Shown piece after piece: positions 1 through 13,159 of a DNA stretch of 64,000 nt. The notes beneath the pieces are model-generated. The model saw only the letters and a program-made list of their open reading frames with translations, ran no database searches and was not told the DNA's origin. The translations under genes and the position numbers were made by a program. How positions within the stretch are numbered: the first letter of the stretch is position 1; each line of letters opens with the position of its first letter. Source of the DNA: Octopus vulgaris. Its lineage: Eukaryota. Location: contig OX597833.1 in the NCBI GenBank assembly GCA_951406725.2, forward strand, positions 69,688,001 through 69,752,000, in the 5' to 3' direction.

Positions 1-156
1 GTTTAACGTCCCGTATGTTTTGGACTCGATTTCTGTTGGCGATAACTTCGTCTACGGTCCTCCGTGCATTGATAATGTAAATACCGATCATGTACCGGAT
101 TTGAAATAATCTAATTAACCACCAGTCCACAAAATCCTTCATATAAATATAAGACG

Positions 157-364
157 GGGAAACTGGCGGAACATTAAACGCTTCGGACAAAATGCTTATT
201 GTTCCTGTTATATTTTTCCGAATTCAAACACAGACGAGATCGCCTTAGCATTTCATCGTTTGCAGAAAGGTAAAATAATTGCAGGTGAAACATTGTGACT
301 GATGCAATCGCTTAGACCCTCCCTCAAAATTACAGGACTTGAGCTTTTAGTAGAAAAAAATTAT
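157..364 (+). mobile_element. Old, highly diverged SINE family A copy
   Basis: Colinear decayed match to the family A copy at 5696 (ctggcggaacattaaacg...gaattcaaac...gcatttcatcgttt), ending in an older-type tail. Confidence 0.5.
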
Positions 365-971
365 GACTATGCAAGAATCTTAGTTTCTACATTTTTAGTC
401 ATCGCTTATATTGTACGTCAGTCATTATTCAAGAACAATCAATCTATGGAAAATCTCGTTTATAATTCGACAGTTCAACAAAATGTTGTCTTTCTTTTTG
501 TCTCGTCGTAATCGTTCGAGTGGAAATTTCGATATTGTCAATAAATATGTTGTTATTGTGTATGATTTGTATTTTAATTTGATATTGTTTCGGGGAAATC
601 AATTTGTTTTGTTATGTATATCAAAGCTATATTGTACTGGATATAAAGTGTAATAGGTTACGTTATAACTGTATTACCTCGAAACATCGTTAGATATAAA
701 ATAAAGAGTGTTTATATTCAATTAGAAGCATCTTCTTAATCGATCTGATATGATTTCTAAATAAATTAATATATTTTGTCGTCTAAAATAATTTCGTAAA
801 GAACTAAGTTGGTATGATAAGTGCGGAAAATATCGAACGCCTGTTCGAATTTAAAGATGCGATGTATTCAATAATACAATGTATGATCTAATTAACGACC
901 AAAATATTGTCAGAGTTACAAATATCAATATCTTTAGATATCTATCTATCTGCAGGGGTATACATACACAC

Positions 972-1013
<42 letters not shown>

Positions 1014-1332
1014 TGGGCCGAAATATTGTCTCTTGCGATTTGTTACTGTATGCAAGTGTGAATGCGGGCATTGTAATGTATTTCCTCCCCTTTTGTACAA
1101 AGGTCTTCAATAAAATTTTGCATTTTACTCTTCAAAAAAAAAAAAAAAAATTCTTTTAATTATGTCATTATAAGGGGAAAAAAAATTTTTTTTTTTAATT
1201 TTCTAATATTCTTCAGACATATTGAGGCAAATATATGTATTTTTTAACATTTAAGCCTTCTGTCGTTTTTTCACTCTTTACTATTTTCTATATATTCACC
1301 CACATGCTTTTACAAACCAACTTTCTTATCTA

Positions 1333-1391
<59 letters not shown>

Positions 1392-1779
1392 TCAATAGCG
1401 AAATAGCAACAGTTATCGGAGTGCTATTGAAGTAGGAGTTATCGATCACATCTGCCCAATATATGTGTTTTCTTTATTCTCCGGATTTCGCTTCAGAACG
1501 ACCCCTCAAGCAAATAATTCTTAGCCTGTTTATGCATAGAAATAGCCTGGCGATTCTATTTCTCCCAGGTTCAATTCGTGTTTGTGATGTTGAAAAACCA
1601 CAAAAAATGCCAAGCTATCCATCACTACTGAATTGGATGCCGGGTTTGTTGTCTCGTCCCCTATGACCAGTGGGCGTCCTTAAGCGCTATGAAGCAATGA
1701 ACCCGGCCAACAGGCAAAACACATACACTGAATATGTGCAACCGATGATATGTATATATTTCAAAGAGTATAAAGATCT

Positions 1780-2975
1780 CCAATTGCTAAAATAAACAGC
1801 GTATTGACAGCGAGGAATCCTTTCTAGAGAGAGAGGGACTTTTAGATATAGAAAATAAACTCAGATTCTCCCATAAAAAGGAAAGCGTAGAAACAGAAAC
1901 AAGGGTGGTGGAAAATATAAAAAGAAATCTCCAAGCCTTCTACAAGATCGTGAAAACGTCTGCCTGAGTGCACTACAAGATAGGACCACCATTTGAAGAA
2001 GTCGACTCGCTAACTGCACGACCCAAGAGGATGGGTGAAGTATTACATAAGCAATTCCAGAGTATTTTCAACTTTCCAATGGGAAACTAACAAACGGTCG
2101 AGACTAAAGAGTTCTTGAGCATTACAGACATACACGGGGAAAAGGTAATTATTGATTACATCGACATAAAAGAGGAAGATGTAATATCGGTTATTGATTA
2201 GAAGACCTCAAACTCAGCAAAAGGCCCCGGTTGATTTCGGTCTTTTCTCCTAAAAACATGCAAAAAAAAAACGCTCACGCAAAACTAGTGCAGGTACTTT
2301 TTCAGAGTTGCCTTGCTTGTGGAAAAAGTGTATCGTATGCCCTATTCATAAAGGAAGAAGCGGCGCAGATTCTAAAAATTACAACCTCTCTCTGTCACTT
2401 CACGTGTTAGCAAGGCCATGGAAGGCGATATCAGGCAACTGATCATATTCCTGGAAGAGAATAACTTGCTCACAAACACAAAACACAGAAGCCTCACGCA
2501 GCTTCTACAATATTATGGTTCGATTCTGAAACAATGGTTCGACCACTCAAACGTGTACGTCAGAATCTCGACTTTGCTACGTGATTTTGGTATCAATGGA
2601 AAACTGGGAGAGTGGCTGCACGACTTTTTAAAGGATAGAAGTAACGCAGTTGCAGACAGTGGTGTTCCCTCTAAGGAGACATCAATCAGCAGCGGAATTC
2701 CTCAGAGGACTGTACGGAGACCACTACTGTTTGTAGTGGCTCTCTCAGATATGCTGTCAGTCGTACGGTCAGCCACAGTCACCAGCTACGGTGACGATAC
2801 TGAAGTATCTCAGGTGGTCGCAAACCTTCATGATGTAGTAAAACAGCAATGACCAGCAAGCAATATAGAAATGGGCTGATGAAAATAACATAATTTCAAT
2901 GCTGATAAGATTCAAGCACTCTGCTATCGCTCCAAAAACAGACTACAACCAGAATACATAGGACAAGGGGACAGT
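1780..2975 (+). pseudogene. Decayed CR1/L2-group LINE reverse transcriptase fragment
   Basis: ORF 2418-2852 carries RT motifs FGINGKLGEWLHDFLKDR, SGIPQRTVRRPLLF (cf. SGVPQGTVLGPLLF) and SYGDDT (cf. YADD). Flanking frames give CPIHKG and KWADEN..FNADK. Many stops and frameshifts. Confidence 0.85.
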
Positions 2976-3498
2976 GTACACCACTTAATTACTGTGCGCT
3001 TGTATTATCTTTGTCTGATTTAGATTTGTAAGTTTGTTCGTACTCTCGCACACAATGAGATTTAATAATCGGTCTTACCGTCATAGAGTAATCATATGCA
3101 GGGTGGATATCAAGAACGAAGCTTTTCTATGAGTGCTTCATATTTATCTAGTGCTTATTTGGGATATATAGATCAAGGTTTTTGGTAGATATACGCGTTC
3201 TAAATTTCACTGTTTTACAAATACACCGAAATCTCAATATCTTCTATCAGTCTTGCGTGATTTAAAAAAAAAAGTTATTAGAAAATATAATGTGACATTA
3301 AATAAATAAGAAAAAGAAAAAGAAACATACAATAAATTATGTATTTACAACATCTAATCATTCACTCGGGTGAATACAAGGTAGAGACCAAAAAAAAAAA
3401 GAAATATTCTATTAAGCTGTCATATATTTTAAACGAGATTTGTCAAGATAGATGTTTGTGTGAGTGCGTATGTGTGTGTGTTTGTTTGTGTGCTTGTT

Positions 3499-3570
<72 letters not shown>

Positions 3571-3648
3571 TATACATATATATATTATATATATATACAT
3601 AAATATATATACATATATGTATATATATATATACATAAATATATATAC

Positions 3649-3679
<31 letters not shown>

Positions 3680-3789
3680 AATATACACACACACACACAC
3701 ACACACATATATATTTATATATATATATTTGACGAATGGAGTGTCTATTATAATTTGCTTTATAATAATTTTCTTTCTAGATATGGACA

Positions 3790-6080
3790 CAAGAATGTAC
3801 GTTGTTAAGTGTTTCACCTCGGAAGAGACTGGTAGAATTCTTATTGATATTATGCAGCAGTAGAGGTTTATGTCTTCTGCGATACATAAACTTTATTTGA
3901 CCAAAGCGTATTTTCCAAAATTCGATAGTTCATGTCGCGGTGAAATGTTTCCTTGGTTCAGAGATTTTGAAAGTGATGTCATCAGAAATCTATTGCTTCT
4001 GGTAAGGGAAACTTTGGATTCATTGTTGAAGACGAGAACCGGAACTAAACAACCACTTCGCTTCAAGCCTTCAAGGACTGAAAAACGGTAAGAGTAAACG
4101 ATAATGTTCGATCTCAGTAACGGTTGAAATGGTAGAACAGGTCGATGCCAGAATCACTGACTGAAAACCGAATGGTTCTAAAGATGAAAACAAGTCGCCG
4201 GTGGCCCGTTGCAGTTCCATTACCTCATTTGTTCTGTCTTATTCCGCGTGTTATAGGTCATTCCGCCAGATAACTTCATGGGTTGCCAATATACTACGGT
4301 CAACGAATGAATTATCTTCTCGTACCATTATCTGAAAACAACTTTATTACATTCGTTCAGCTTATGCTCCACGCCTCGAAACAAACGAATTCTACCAGTA
4401 ACATTCACGGGTTAATATCAAATAATGATTTCGAGATATTTCGAATTTAACAGATTTAAACCACGAAAATCCGCAGGACTTAGCAATGTCCCAAATGAAT
4501 TATTGAAACAGTGGGGACTGCCTCTCTAAATCAAGCCTCTAGCCCTGATCCTGAAAGTATTGGAAGAATACCAAGTCCGAAATAAACTTTAAAATTTAGT
4601 TATTATCATCAACTTCAAAAAATGAGATCGAAACTTTTACCAAAATTAGAATATCTTTTCCGTGCATCGTAGGAAAAAAATTGCATGAATCCTGATGAAC
4701 CATCTCCATATTATTGCAGTGACATTCTTTCTGACTCAATGAGAATTCCCTGCTTCTGTGATGCAATCGACATGATTTTCTCTACGACAGAATCCATTCT
4801 ACAAAATGGAAATGTCTGTTGTTTAGTATAGCAAGAGACATCATTTGGAATTTCTCAACGTTTTGATTACTCTCCCGACTTCACCTCACAGGATCAAGAA
4901 CTGATCGGGAGCGTGTCGGGTTACGCTTTTCGTTAAAATAAAATTTCTGAACAGTTTTCGATTTCATATCGATTGAACTTACGTTCTTCTCTTTACACTT
5001 GTTTGCGATGCTTTTCAAATTTTCACCAGACAATATAGGAGTTGACCTCAGATGCCGTTTTTATGGCGGATTATTTAAAATCGCCATCAAATTATCATCA
5101 TGCAACGAATATCAGAACTTTGATAACGCGACTCTCTGTCACACATTATTAACAACTGAAATTTGTCAACAATTTCATCGCAACAGTATGAATGATCGTT
5201 TCGACTCCACATTGAATTTAAAGACTACTATCCTAGTTCAACTTATTCCGAAACTACTGTCCCACATTTCGACATTACCTTCTCTAATATATCTCTCGAA
5301 CTAGTTGAGCACTTTCCCCATCCTAGAAGCATTTTCTCCCGCAAGTGCATCTTGCGAAAGAATGTGGATCACAGAACTAGATGAGCCGATTTCACATCTG
5401 GAAGATTGCTAAAACGAATCTTTAAAAACAAAAAAATAAAATTAATCATAAAAACGAAGCCGAATTTCTATTTTTATACGGTTGTGAAACAGGGATATTT
5501 TATCGCTGGAACTCAAAAATAAAAACTGGAGTTTTCTAATCCACAAATGTTCCGCTCCATATCAACATACATTAAATGGAAGGGCCACATAACCTGTGAC
5601 GATGTCAAGAGAAGCGCCCCAGTCTTTGTATAGGTATCTGGTCTGGAGAAGGAAACATCTGCAATTCTTTTTCATCAAATCATTATAGTCGGCGAAAGGC
5701 GGCGAGCTGGCAGAAACGTTAGCACGCCGGATGAAATACTTAGGGGTATTCCGTCTGCCGCTACGTTCTGAGTTCAAATTCCGCCGAGGTCGACTTTGCC
5801 TTTAATCCTTTCGGGGTCGATAAATTAAGTATCAGTTACGCACTGGGGTCGATGTAATCGACTTAATCCGTGTGTCTGTCCTTGTTTGTCCTCTCTGTGT
5901 GTTTAGCCCCTTGTGGGTAGTAAAGAAATAGGTATTATGTGCTGCACGCTATGGCTGGTTGAAGCTGAGAAAGGGGAAAGACTCAATGAAAAGTTCCACG
6001 ATGGAATAAATGTATGTATCGACGTGGCTAGAAATCTATATGAAGTCCTGCAACAAGAAGCTACATCAGTGCAAGAAATT
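3790..6080 (+). pseudogene. Highly decayed RTE-clade LINE, interrupted by the SINE at 5696-5936
   Basis: Ordered remnants: PWFRDFESDVIRNLL (3870 ORF), KSAGLSNVPNELLK (~4467), GVDLRCRFYGGLF (4999 ORF), EKNVDHRT..TSGRL (~5355), FLYGCET..IKWKGHIT (~5470-5600). This matches the RTE ORF layout. Confidence 0.7.
5696..5936 (+). mobile_element. tRNA-derived SINE family A, full length
   Basis: Pol III A-box-like tggcagaaacgtt and B box gagttcaaattcc; central gcctttaatcctttcggggtcgataaattaagt; tail aaagaaataggtatt. Near-identical copies at 28904, 29510, 35698 and 42571. Confidence 0.9.
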
Positions 6081-6499
6081 TATGTCATTATCAAAACCAT
6101 AAAGCCATTTCCGTGCTGCTTTAAGACAAACCGGTCCATGGCATTACTCGAAATCAAGTTGCAGCCATCATAAACTTCATTTATGTAAATGTGAATATTG
6201 AAAGATAAAGGGGTCGTGTATGTATGCATATGTGTGTACATGTATGTCTGTGTATGTGTGTGAACGCTTGTGTTTGTGTGTTTGAAATTTCTTGGACGGG
6301 GGAAATTCATCTACTCATGCTAATCTGCGATAAGCTAAATTCATAATTCTCTGATAAAAATTAATTCTTAAATATCAAACCAAATTGTTATGCGCTGTGT
6401 ATACAGATGTTGTACAATATTTAATTTTCGTTACGCAAATTGAATTAATGCCAAATTCAAATAAAGAATTACCGCTGGTAGATTCTTATCGAACACAAC

Positions 6500-7654
6500 G
6501 ATGCAAAATCGGATAGCTTACTCAATGTGACCATATTCCATCATATTAATCATATTAATTTCATTACTGAGTGTTACAGAACTGATTACAACTTCTCAAA
6601 TCTGGCAGCAATTATCTTAGAAGCTTATCAATATCCCTCCACATTTAAACATCAAACTCCTATCTTCTCTCATGTTAACGTAATTCCAGATCACACTTTA
6701 TCATTGAAAATATAACTAAGTTATTTGAACTTTATATCAATGTCACTGTGGCTAAGTCAATTTCCTTTCATGCCGAAACAAGATTTAGTATTACTTGTCA
6801 AAACCAGCCAGAGATTTGTAATGTATATTTCTCGCCGAATATAATATATCTATTTATTAGGCGTAGTAACGAAACTACCAAAATTACTATTCTTAATTCT
6901 CATACAACTCTTTCAATCTTGCAAACTTTTCCTAGCCTTTCATCCTTATATCTTGTTGCCAGTGATTATTTCGAACATAAATCTATTAAGTGAATGCTAG
7001 TTATTGATTTTAATCGTTAACAGTCGACTACGTCACAGCTTCTCAATGTGTATACAAGAAAACAAAGATGGGAACTTCATCAATAGGATTTAGTCAGAAT
7101 TATTTATGTGTTCATACCGTTTATACATTGTAGCTAGATTTATATGATCTATTTATACACAGTGATGTTTTACTATAGCGTCAGAAATGTATCGACTGCT
7201 ATTTCCAGTAAACATTGGTGCTTTATCGTACCACTAGTCTATATTTATACTTCTACCTTTGCGGTGCTTTATTTTACTGGAAAGTAATACATTTATGTTG
7301 CAATATTTTACTTTTCATTGAAACTTTTTTCACTGTTCTCGGTTTGTTAATGGCTATGCGTTCAGGCGAGTATACTGGCATTGATGTAGCAACATTTGAA
7401 ATATAATCCAGCTAATGAAGGCTAATCAATTTTACGTTTACAAACGTATTTGACGAGTCCGAAACTTAGATACTGGATCATCCGATTCTGGGATGTCCAT
7501 TTATATAATGTTCTTCCTAGAGGTAAGACAAAATGCTTTATGTTTACTGCCTTCACACGTTTTTGCCAGTATACATACATTGAAGCTGTACTATAGCCTC
7601 GTAAATGTATCTACTGCTATTTCCAGTATTCATTGGTGCCTTGTCGTACCACTA

Positions 7655-7660
<6 letters not shown>
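6500..7660 (+). mobile_element. Decayed Penelope-like element 3' end: GIY-YIG-like remnant plus pseudo-LTR-like direct repeats
   Basis: ORF 6748 (RFSITCQ..CNV..IYLFI..LVASDYFEH) and TKMGTSSIGF (~7062) weakly resemble a PLE GIY-YIG C-terminus. Followed by an ~80-bp diverged direct repeat (~7155-7240 and ~7575-7660) enclosing a hammerhead motif. Confidence 0.5.
7406..7478 (+). ncRNA. Type I hammerhead ribozyme motif, core mutated (probably inactive)
   Basis: Stem I atccag/ctggat; core CTAATGA (G5>A); stem II ggct/agtc extended by tcaa/ttga and tacgttt/aaacgta; then GAAA cttaga TA. Confidence 0.65.
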
Positions 7661-7697
<37 letters not shown>

Positions 7698-7711
7698 AGG
7701 GTCAAAGAAAT

Positions 7712-7828
7712 AATGAATGTGATGATGATGATGATGATGATAATAATAATAATAATAATAATATTAATAATAATAATAATAATAATAATAACAATAACAA
7801 TAATAGTAATAGCAATAATGACAATGAC

Positions 7829-7870
<42 letters not shown>

Positions 7871-7892
7871 CATAATAATAATCATAATAATG

Positions 7893-7963
<71 letters not shown>

Positions 7964-7971
7964 AATAATAA

Positions 7972-8064
<93 letters not shown>

Positions 8065-8110
8065 TGAATGATGATGATGATGATGATGATAACAATAATA
8101 ATAATAATAA
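7712..8110. repeat. Compound (AAT)n/(GAT)n trinucleotide array
   Basis: Directly visible; source of the poly-N/I/Y/D ORFs. Confidence 0.97.
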
Positions 8111-8394
8111 ACACCTGTTTACTAATAGACATTGCGGTTTCTTCTGGCCAAAATGTTATCCCAAAAGAAGTGGAAAAATTATCAAAGTGCAAAGACCTCG
8201 AAATTGAAGTATCCAAGATGTGGGGCATGAAAATGAAAACAATACCAGTAAGAATTGGAACATTGGGCATGATAAAAAAGACTAAGAACAAAAAAGTAGA
8301 AGCTATAACTGAATCCTCGACACTACACACTATCTAAAACATAGCCCTGCAAGGAACAGCCCACATCCTACGCAAGACACTATCAATTCAATAA
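8111..8394 (+). pseudogene. Dong/R4-clade LINE restriction-like endonuclease C-terminus, 5'-truncated
   Basis: TCLLIDIAV..EVEKLSKCKDLEIEVSKMWGMKMKTIPVRIGTLG, an in-frame TAA at 8335-8337, then NIALQGTAHILRKTLSIQ*. Typical RLE-LINE C-terminus. Confidence 0.85.
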
Positions 8395-8929
8395 CAACAC
8401 ATAAAAAAATATCTCCCAACACAAGACACTTTATACAGCACCTATCTAATGAAATAAAATAGCACCAGCAGACCGGAAACCCAACACAAGCACACACAAC
8501 ACAAGCACACACAACACAGAAAACTAATACAATAAAAGACTGCACCACACCTCAAACAAAAATGAAACTGACGCAATGCAATACTGGAAAGGGTTTGCAC
8601 ATTCCAAACAACAAAAAAGCACAAGAAGAAGAAGAATCATGAAAGAAATAATTAAGAGGAAAGAACTCGAAAAAAGAAACAGCATGGAAAGAGGGGAAAA
8701 TGGAGTCAGTGAAAAAATCTGCCAAATATACACTGATGTATACAACCGTTTCTTATAGACTGCATGGAAAAGAGATTGTAGCTTGGATGATAAAATGAAG
8801 GACAGGGCTGATACAGAAGAGCAAAAAAAAAATAGAAACAGAGGGAAGTCAGTAAGCCTAGACCTATTAAAACGGGAGCTGCTGGTGTGCTGTATATAGA
8901 TAGAGCACTTCAGATGGTATGAGTATGAA

Positions 8930-9115
8930 AGAGGAATTTAGGATTTGGCTGCAGATATTACAGGAAGGCGTACGACAATGTTTCATACAACTGGTTCCTG
9001 GTGTGTCTGAAGGCACGCGGAGTCAATGAGAAGATAATCAGCTATTTTGAGAAAACAATCAGTGTGTGAATTAAAACTGACGAGTGTTAATGAATCGGTG
9101 GGAAATATGATTATA
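8930..9115 (+). pseudogene. Dong/R4-like LINE RT fragment
   Basis: Frame from 8932 reads RNLGFGCRYYRKAYDNVSYNWFLVCLKARGVNEKIISYFEK (cf. WIDYRKAYDMVPHSWI), then frameshifts to ELKLTSVNESVG. Confidence 0.7.
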
Positions 9116-10811
9116 GGCTGGATGATGCTTTTCCTGCAGAAAATTGTGGCGCGTTTTTGTAAAGTTGGGAATTCGGTGTCTAAACGACTCTTCGAATTTA
9201 TATCTGATTTTGCTCCATTGAGTGTTTAACAAATGTGGAGATTTTTTTTTTTTAATTAAAAAAAATTTCGTCCTGAAAGTTTGAAGAGTTAGTTTATTCA
9301 ACCAGCCTCCCTGGATGCTGATAATCCCCTTAAAATGATAACAATAAAATACAGAACGACTTCTTTGAAAGTAACAAAATTCACCAACAGCGTACGAGCT
9401 TTGAGAAGAGGACATCCCTTTGCAAACACAATAATAAATATATTAGTTATTATATACTCCAGAATTTATATACTACAGAATTATCCTACATTCCGATGAA
9501 CTGCATTCCTCATTGGAACAGGTTTATACTATATTTTCACGCATGTTTCTACCAAAGAATAAAATTTGTGATACTGAAAAGCATCATGTTTTTCAAATAA
9601 CCATGAAGGGGTTGAGAACTGCTTTAAAATAAAAAAAAATAATTTATGAAAAAAAGTAACTGTACATAGAGATGTTTTATATGATACTAGAATCAAAATT
9701 TCAGAAGGAAAAAAAAATACATTTAAAATTGACTTAATAATAAATTTTATGAGTTTTTCTTAACTTAAATTAGGAAATAGTTCGGATTCTACTTTCAGAT
9801 ATTTTGCACGTGATATTCGTTTTCCGAAAATATAAGTATCAATTACAAATTTTCAGTCGAAAAAAAAAAGACCAATATTGAAAGTAAATTCCAATCACAT
9901 TTTCTTTCCGTGTAGAAAAAAATATTGATTAAAATGTTAATACGAGACGAAAAACGTTATTTGAGCTGTGTGTAGAGCATACATGGACAGATATATGCAC
10001 ATCACACACACACACACACACATACACATACACACGTATTACACGCACACATATACATTTAATTGTGTAAATATATATATATACTCATACATACGAACAT
10101 GTATGCATATATGTACATATTTATCAGTCACATGTATATAATATTAGTGAGCAGGAAGAGAGATGGAAAAAAAGCAGAAAAGCATGACAAAACAATAAAT
10201 TATCTGCAGCAGTTAGGTATTTCATATCTTCATGTCCTGGTTTCAAATCGCACCGGAGACAATGACTTGAAAACCCGTCCAACATTTACCAATAGATTTA
10301 ATCCCACAAAAGCAATAATACCTTTAAATATTTAGTGAACTTTAGAGTAACGAATCAGCGAAATACTGCACATGTTAAGGTTATCCCTACAGATATCTCT
10401 ATAGAGGTCCCATATAGTCCAGGCACCCTGATCTTATTCTTTCCTCCTCCTCCTCCTCTTGGTTCCGCATTTCTGACTGTATCATGGTTTTCCGCTCCTT
10501 GCTGTCCGCCTTCTTCCATTGTTGGAAATGAGAAACCAAACCTTGCCGACCTCTGCATGTAAATCCCTATAATATCGCATAACTCAAGCATTCTTTCATG
10601 TCTAACAAGCTCATCTCGGGAGTTCAAGCAGATCATGAAACCTCTACGTTTCACAATATATAAAAAACGAAATTTTAGATCCTGGCATCAAGGTGTAGGA
10701 AATTAGTGATCTTCGAGCAGTGTACAGTAGCTATACATTTTTTTGTTCGGGAGCAATAATGGTGTATTGACATAGAAGGTTGTAAGTTTTTCCCATATCG
10801 ATGTTCGATTT

Positions 10812-10955
10812 CCTAAGCTTCTGACGAAGAGATCCGCTCGAAACGTTAAATCCTCCTTCCTTCTTTCCTTCCCTGAGCTTCCAATAACACTATACTTGTT
10901 CCACGTCCTCGCGTTGTTCTGTTTTCTCTTTGTGCTTTCATGTTTAGATTAACTT
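10812..10955 (+). mobile_element. Penelope-type terminal repeat fragment with a minimal hammerhead motif
   Basis: CTGACGA-a-GAG-atccg-CTC-GAAA-cgtta at 10821-10848, followed by a pyrimidine-rich tail related to 44605-44735 that ends in (TA)n. Confidence 0.5.
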
Positions 10956-10975
10956 TATATATATATATATATGTA

Positions 10976-11203
10976 GAGGCGCAATGGCCTAGTGGTTAGG
11001 GCAGCGGACTCGCGGTCGCAGGATCGCGGTTTCGATTCTCAGACCGGGCGTTGTGTGTGTTTATTGAGCGAAAACACCTAAAAGCTCTACGAGGCTCCGG
11101 CAGGGGGTGGTGATCCCTGCTGTACTCTTTCACCACAATGGCGGTGCCCCAGCATGGCCACAGCTCAAGAGCTGAAACTGGAAAAACAAAAAAAAAACAA
11201 AAA
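10976..11203 (+). mobile_element. tRNA-derived SINE family B head/body joined to a family C-type tail
   Basis: A box tggcctagtgg and B box ggtttcgattc. Matches the 24134 copy up to ~11137, then switches to ggcggtgccccagcatggccacag...tgaaac, as in the family C tail (25378-25416). Confidence 0.8.
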
Positions 11204-11255
11204 ATATATATATATATATGTCTGTGTGTGTATGTGTGCGTGTGTAGGTAATTTT

Positions 11256-12060
11256 TCCTGTACTTATCGCTCGTGTGTTTACGTATTTTCCGCTCGTCAG
11301 TGATGTCCTGTACACAACGTTTATCTTTTATCTTATTCATTTATAATCGAGGCTACAGAGCCTTGACCATAGTAAGTTCTTACATCTATATCTACTTTCT
11401 GCGACTGCACACTGTTTTCTTTCTTTCTCTTTATCCCAATATAAACTTCTTTGCTTCCCCTATCTATCTTTCTTCCACTCCCTGGTTATCTGTCGTTCTT
11501 TCTCTCTTCTCACTCTTTCTCTTTCTTTCCCTCATCCCCTCTCTTGTCCTCTGCCTCTGTTATTCACGCCTGAGCGACTACAGGCCATTTCTCTTGCCCG
11601 TGTCTTTTCTCGACTAGACGTTCCCCAGGCTAGATGCTATTTTCCCCTCGGGTCTCGACATTTTTCTTCTACTAATTTCTTGTTTTATAATTATTCTATT
11701 CTACAACATTCTTCTCTTTTAATTATTTTATTTCCTTGAATAAATTTCTCCCAGGCGTTACCTATTACAATTCCTCTTAGCCTTTCATTGATTGTTTACT
11801 CTCTCTCCGTCCACTTTGTCGTTGTTTGTTCGTTCGAAGCTCAAACACTCCATGAATTTTATATTTTAAAATTTTCTGGATGCCGCTGTCTTATGAAGTT
11901 TCCCTATATTGTTGTTAAAAGCACGAAATCGGAGTGATAAACAGTCCGACAACTGATGAGGATTTATCTTCGTTTGGTACTTTGTCCTGTACTTTATCTC
12001 TCGTGTGTTTACGCATTTTTCACTCGCTGGTTATGTACTGTATACAATGTGCTTTTTTTT
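11256..12060. repeat. Segment bounded by ~75-bp diverged direct repeats (possible Penelope-derived pseudo-LTRs)
   Basis: tcctgtacttatcgctcgtgtgtttacgtattttccgctcg (11256) vs tcctgtactttatctctcgtgtgtttacgcatttttcactcg (11985); CTGATGA at 11953. Confidence 0.55.
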
Positions 12061-12069
12061 TATCATATA

Positions 12070-12471
12070 CTAGCAGTATCGCCCGGCGTTGCACGGGTTT
12101 GTAAGAGAAATAACTATATAAGCATTTTTAGAGCGTTATAGCCAAAAAAATAGCAAAAAAATGCATTAAAAATGGGAAAAAAATTATGGTAAATTTTTTT
12201 TTAAATCGTTGACTCATCGTAGACATTTTTAGAGAGTTACTTCCCTTATATAATAGCGAAAACATGCATTAAAATGGAAAAAAATTATGGTAATTTTTTT
12301 TTTAATCGTAGACTCATCGTAGACGCGCGCTAATACCCAGAAGGGCTCGATATGAATCACGACTATAAGATACCCGGTTTTGGTTAAACTGCACCGCAAA
12401 ATGTGGGAGTAGTTAGGAATCTAAATCATAGGAGACAGACACTCACACAACTTCACTTTTATATATAAAGA
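12070..12471 (-). mobile_element. Non-autonomous Helitron, family H1
   Basis: On the minus strand it starts TC and ends CTAG with subterminal hairpin cccg..cggg, sits between host A and T, and has no TSD. Copies at 14734 and 43114. Confidence 0.9.
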
Positions 12472-12496
12472 TATTTATATCATGGTATCATTCATG

Positions 12497-12895
12497 TTTT
12501 ACTTGTTCCAGTTATCCACCTGCGGTCACTCTGAAATGCCACTGTGAAGTATTGAATCGAAAAGAATATCGGGTCCAATACTTATTGTAAAGCCTGTTAC
12601 ACATTCTATGGTATGTGGACGCAAACCAAGCAACGCATGTTGTCAACAGGCAGAGGGTGACAAACTTAAACACGCACATGTATGCTAAAGGACGTATGTG
12701 TGTTTTCGTCTGTATGTGTTTGTGAATTTAGGACGTGCTTCCGCACATTCTCCCTCCACGAATCCCACTAACACGGTATTCACTGTCTACGGTTATATTT
12801 TAGAAGGTACTTGCTCAAATTGCTGCTTAGAGGGATTGAACATGAAATCACATGGCTGCAAATACACCTTCTCAGCCACGCAGCCATACCTGCAT
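12497..12895 (-). mobile_element. Old diverged SINE family C copy
   Basis: Colinear decayed match to 35962-36398 (ttttacttgttccagt...cagccatacctgc). Confidence 0.5.
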
Positions 12896-13081
12896 ACAAA
12901 AATGACTCCATATATATATACATTCATAGATATATGTGTGTGTAAATACATACATATATATGCTTATATGTATATATAATAATAGCATACACACAGTTTT
13001 ATATACTTATATACGTGTGTATGTCTTTATATAGCTACATGTATGTATATATATGTACATATATACATATATATATATATA

Positions 13082-13159
<78 letters not shown>

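Noticed and set aside
2418-2852. 144-aa ORF as a functional gene
   Set aside because: Part of a decayed LINE RT with altered catalytic motifs, internal deletions and flanking stops.
10976-11050. tRNA genes at the SINE heads (also 24134, 25063, 35383, 56815)
   Set aside because: A and B boxes are present but there is no complete cloverleaf, and each continues into a shared SINE body.
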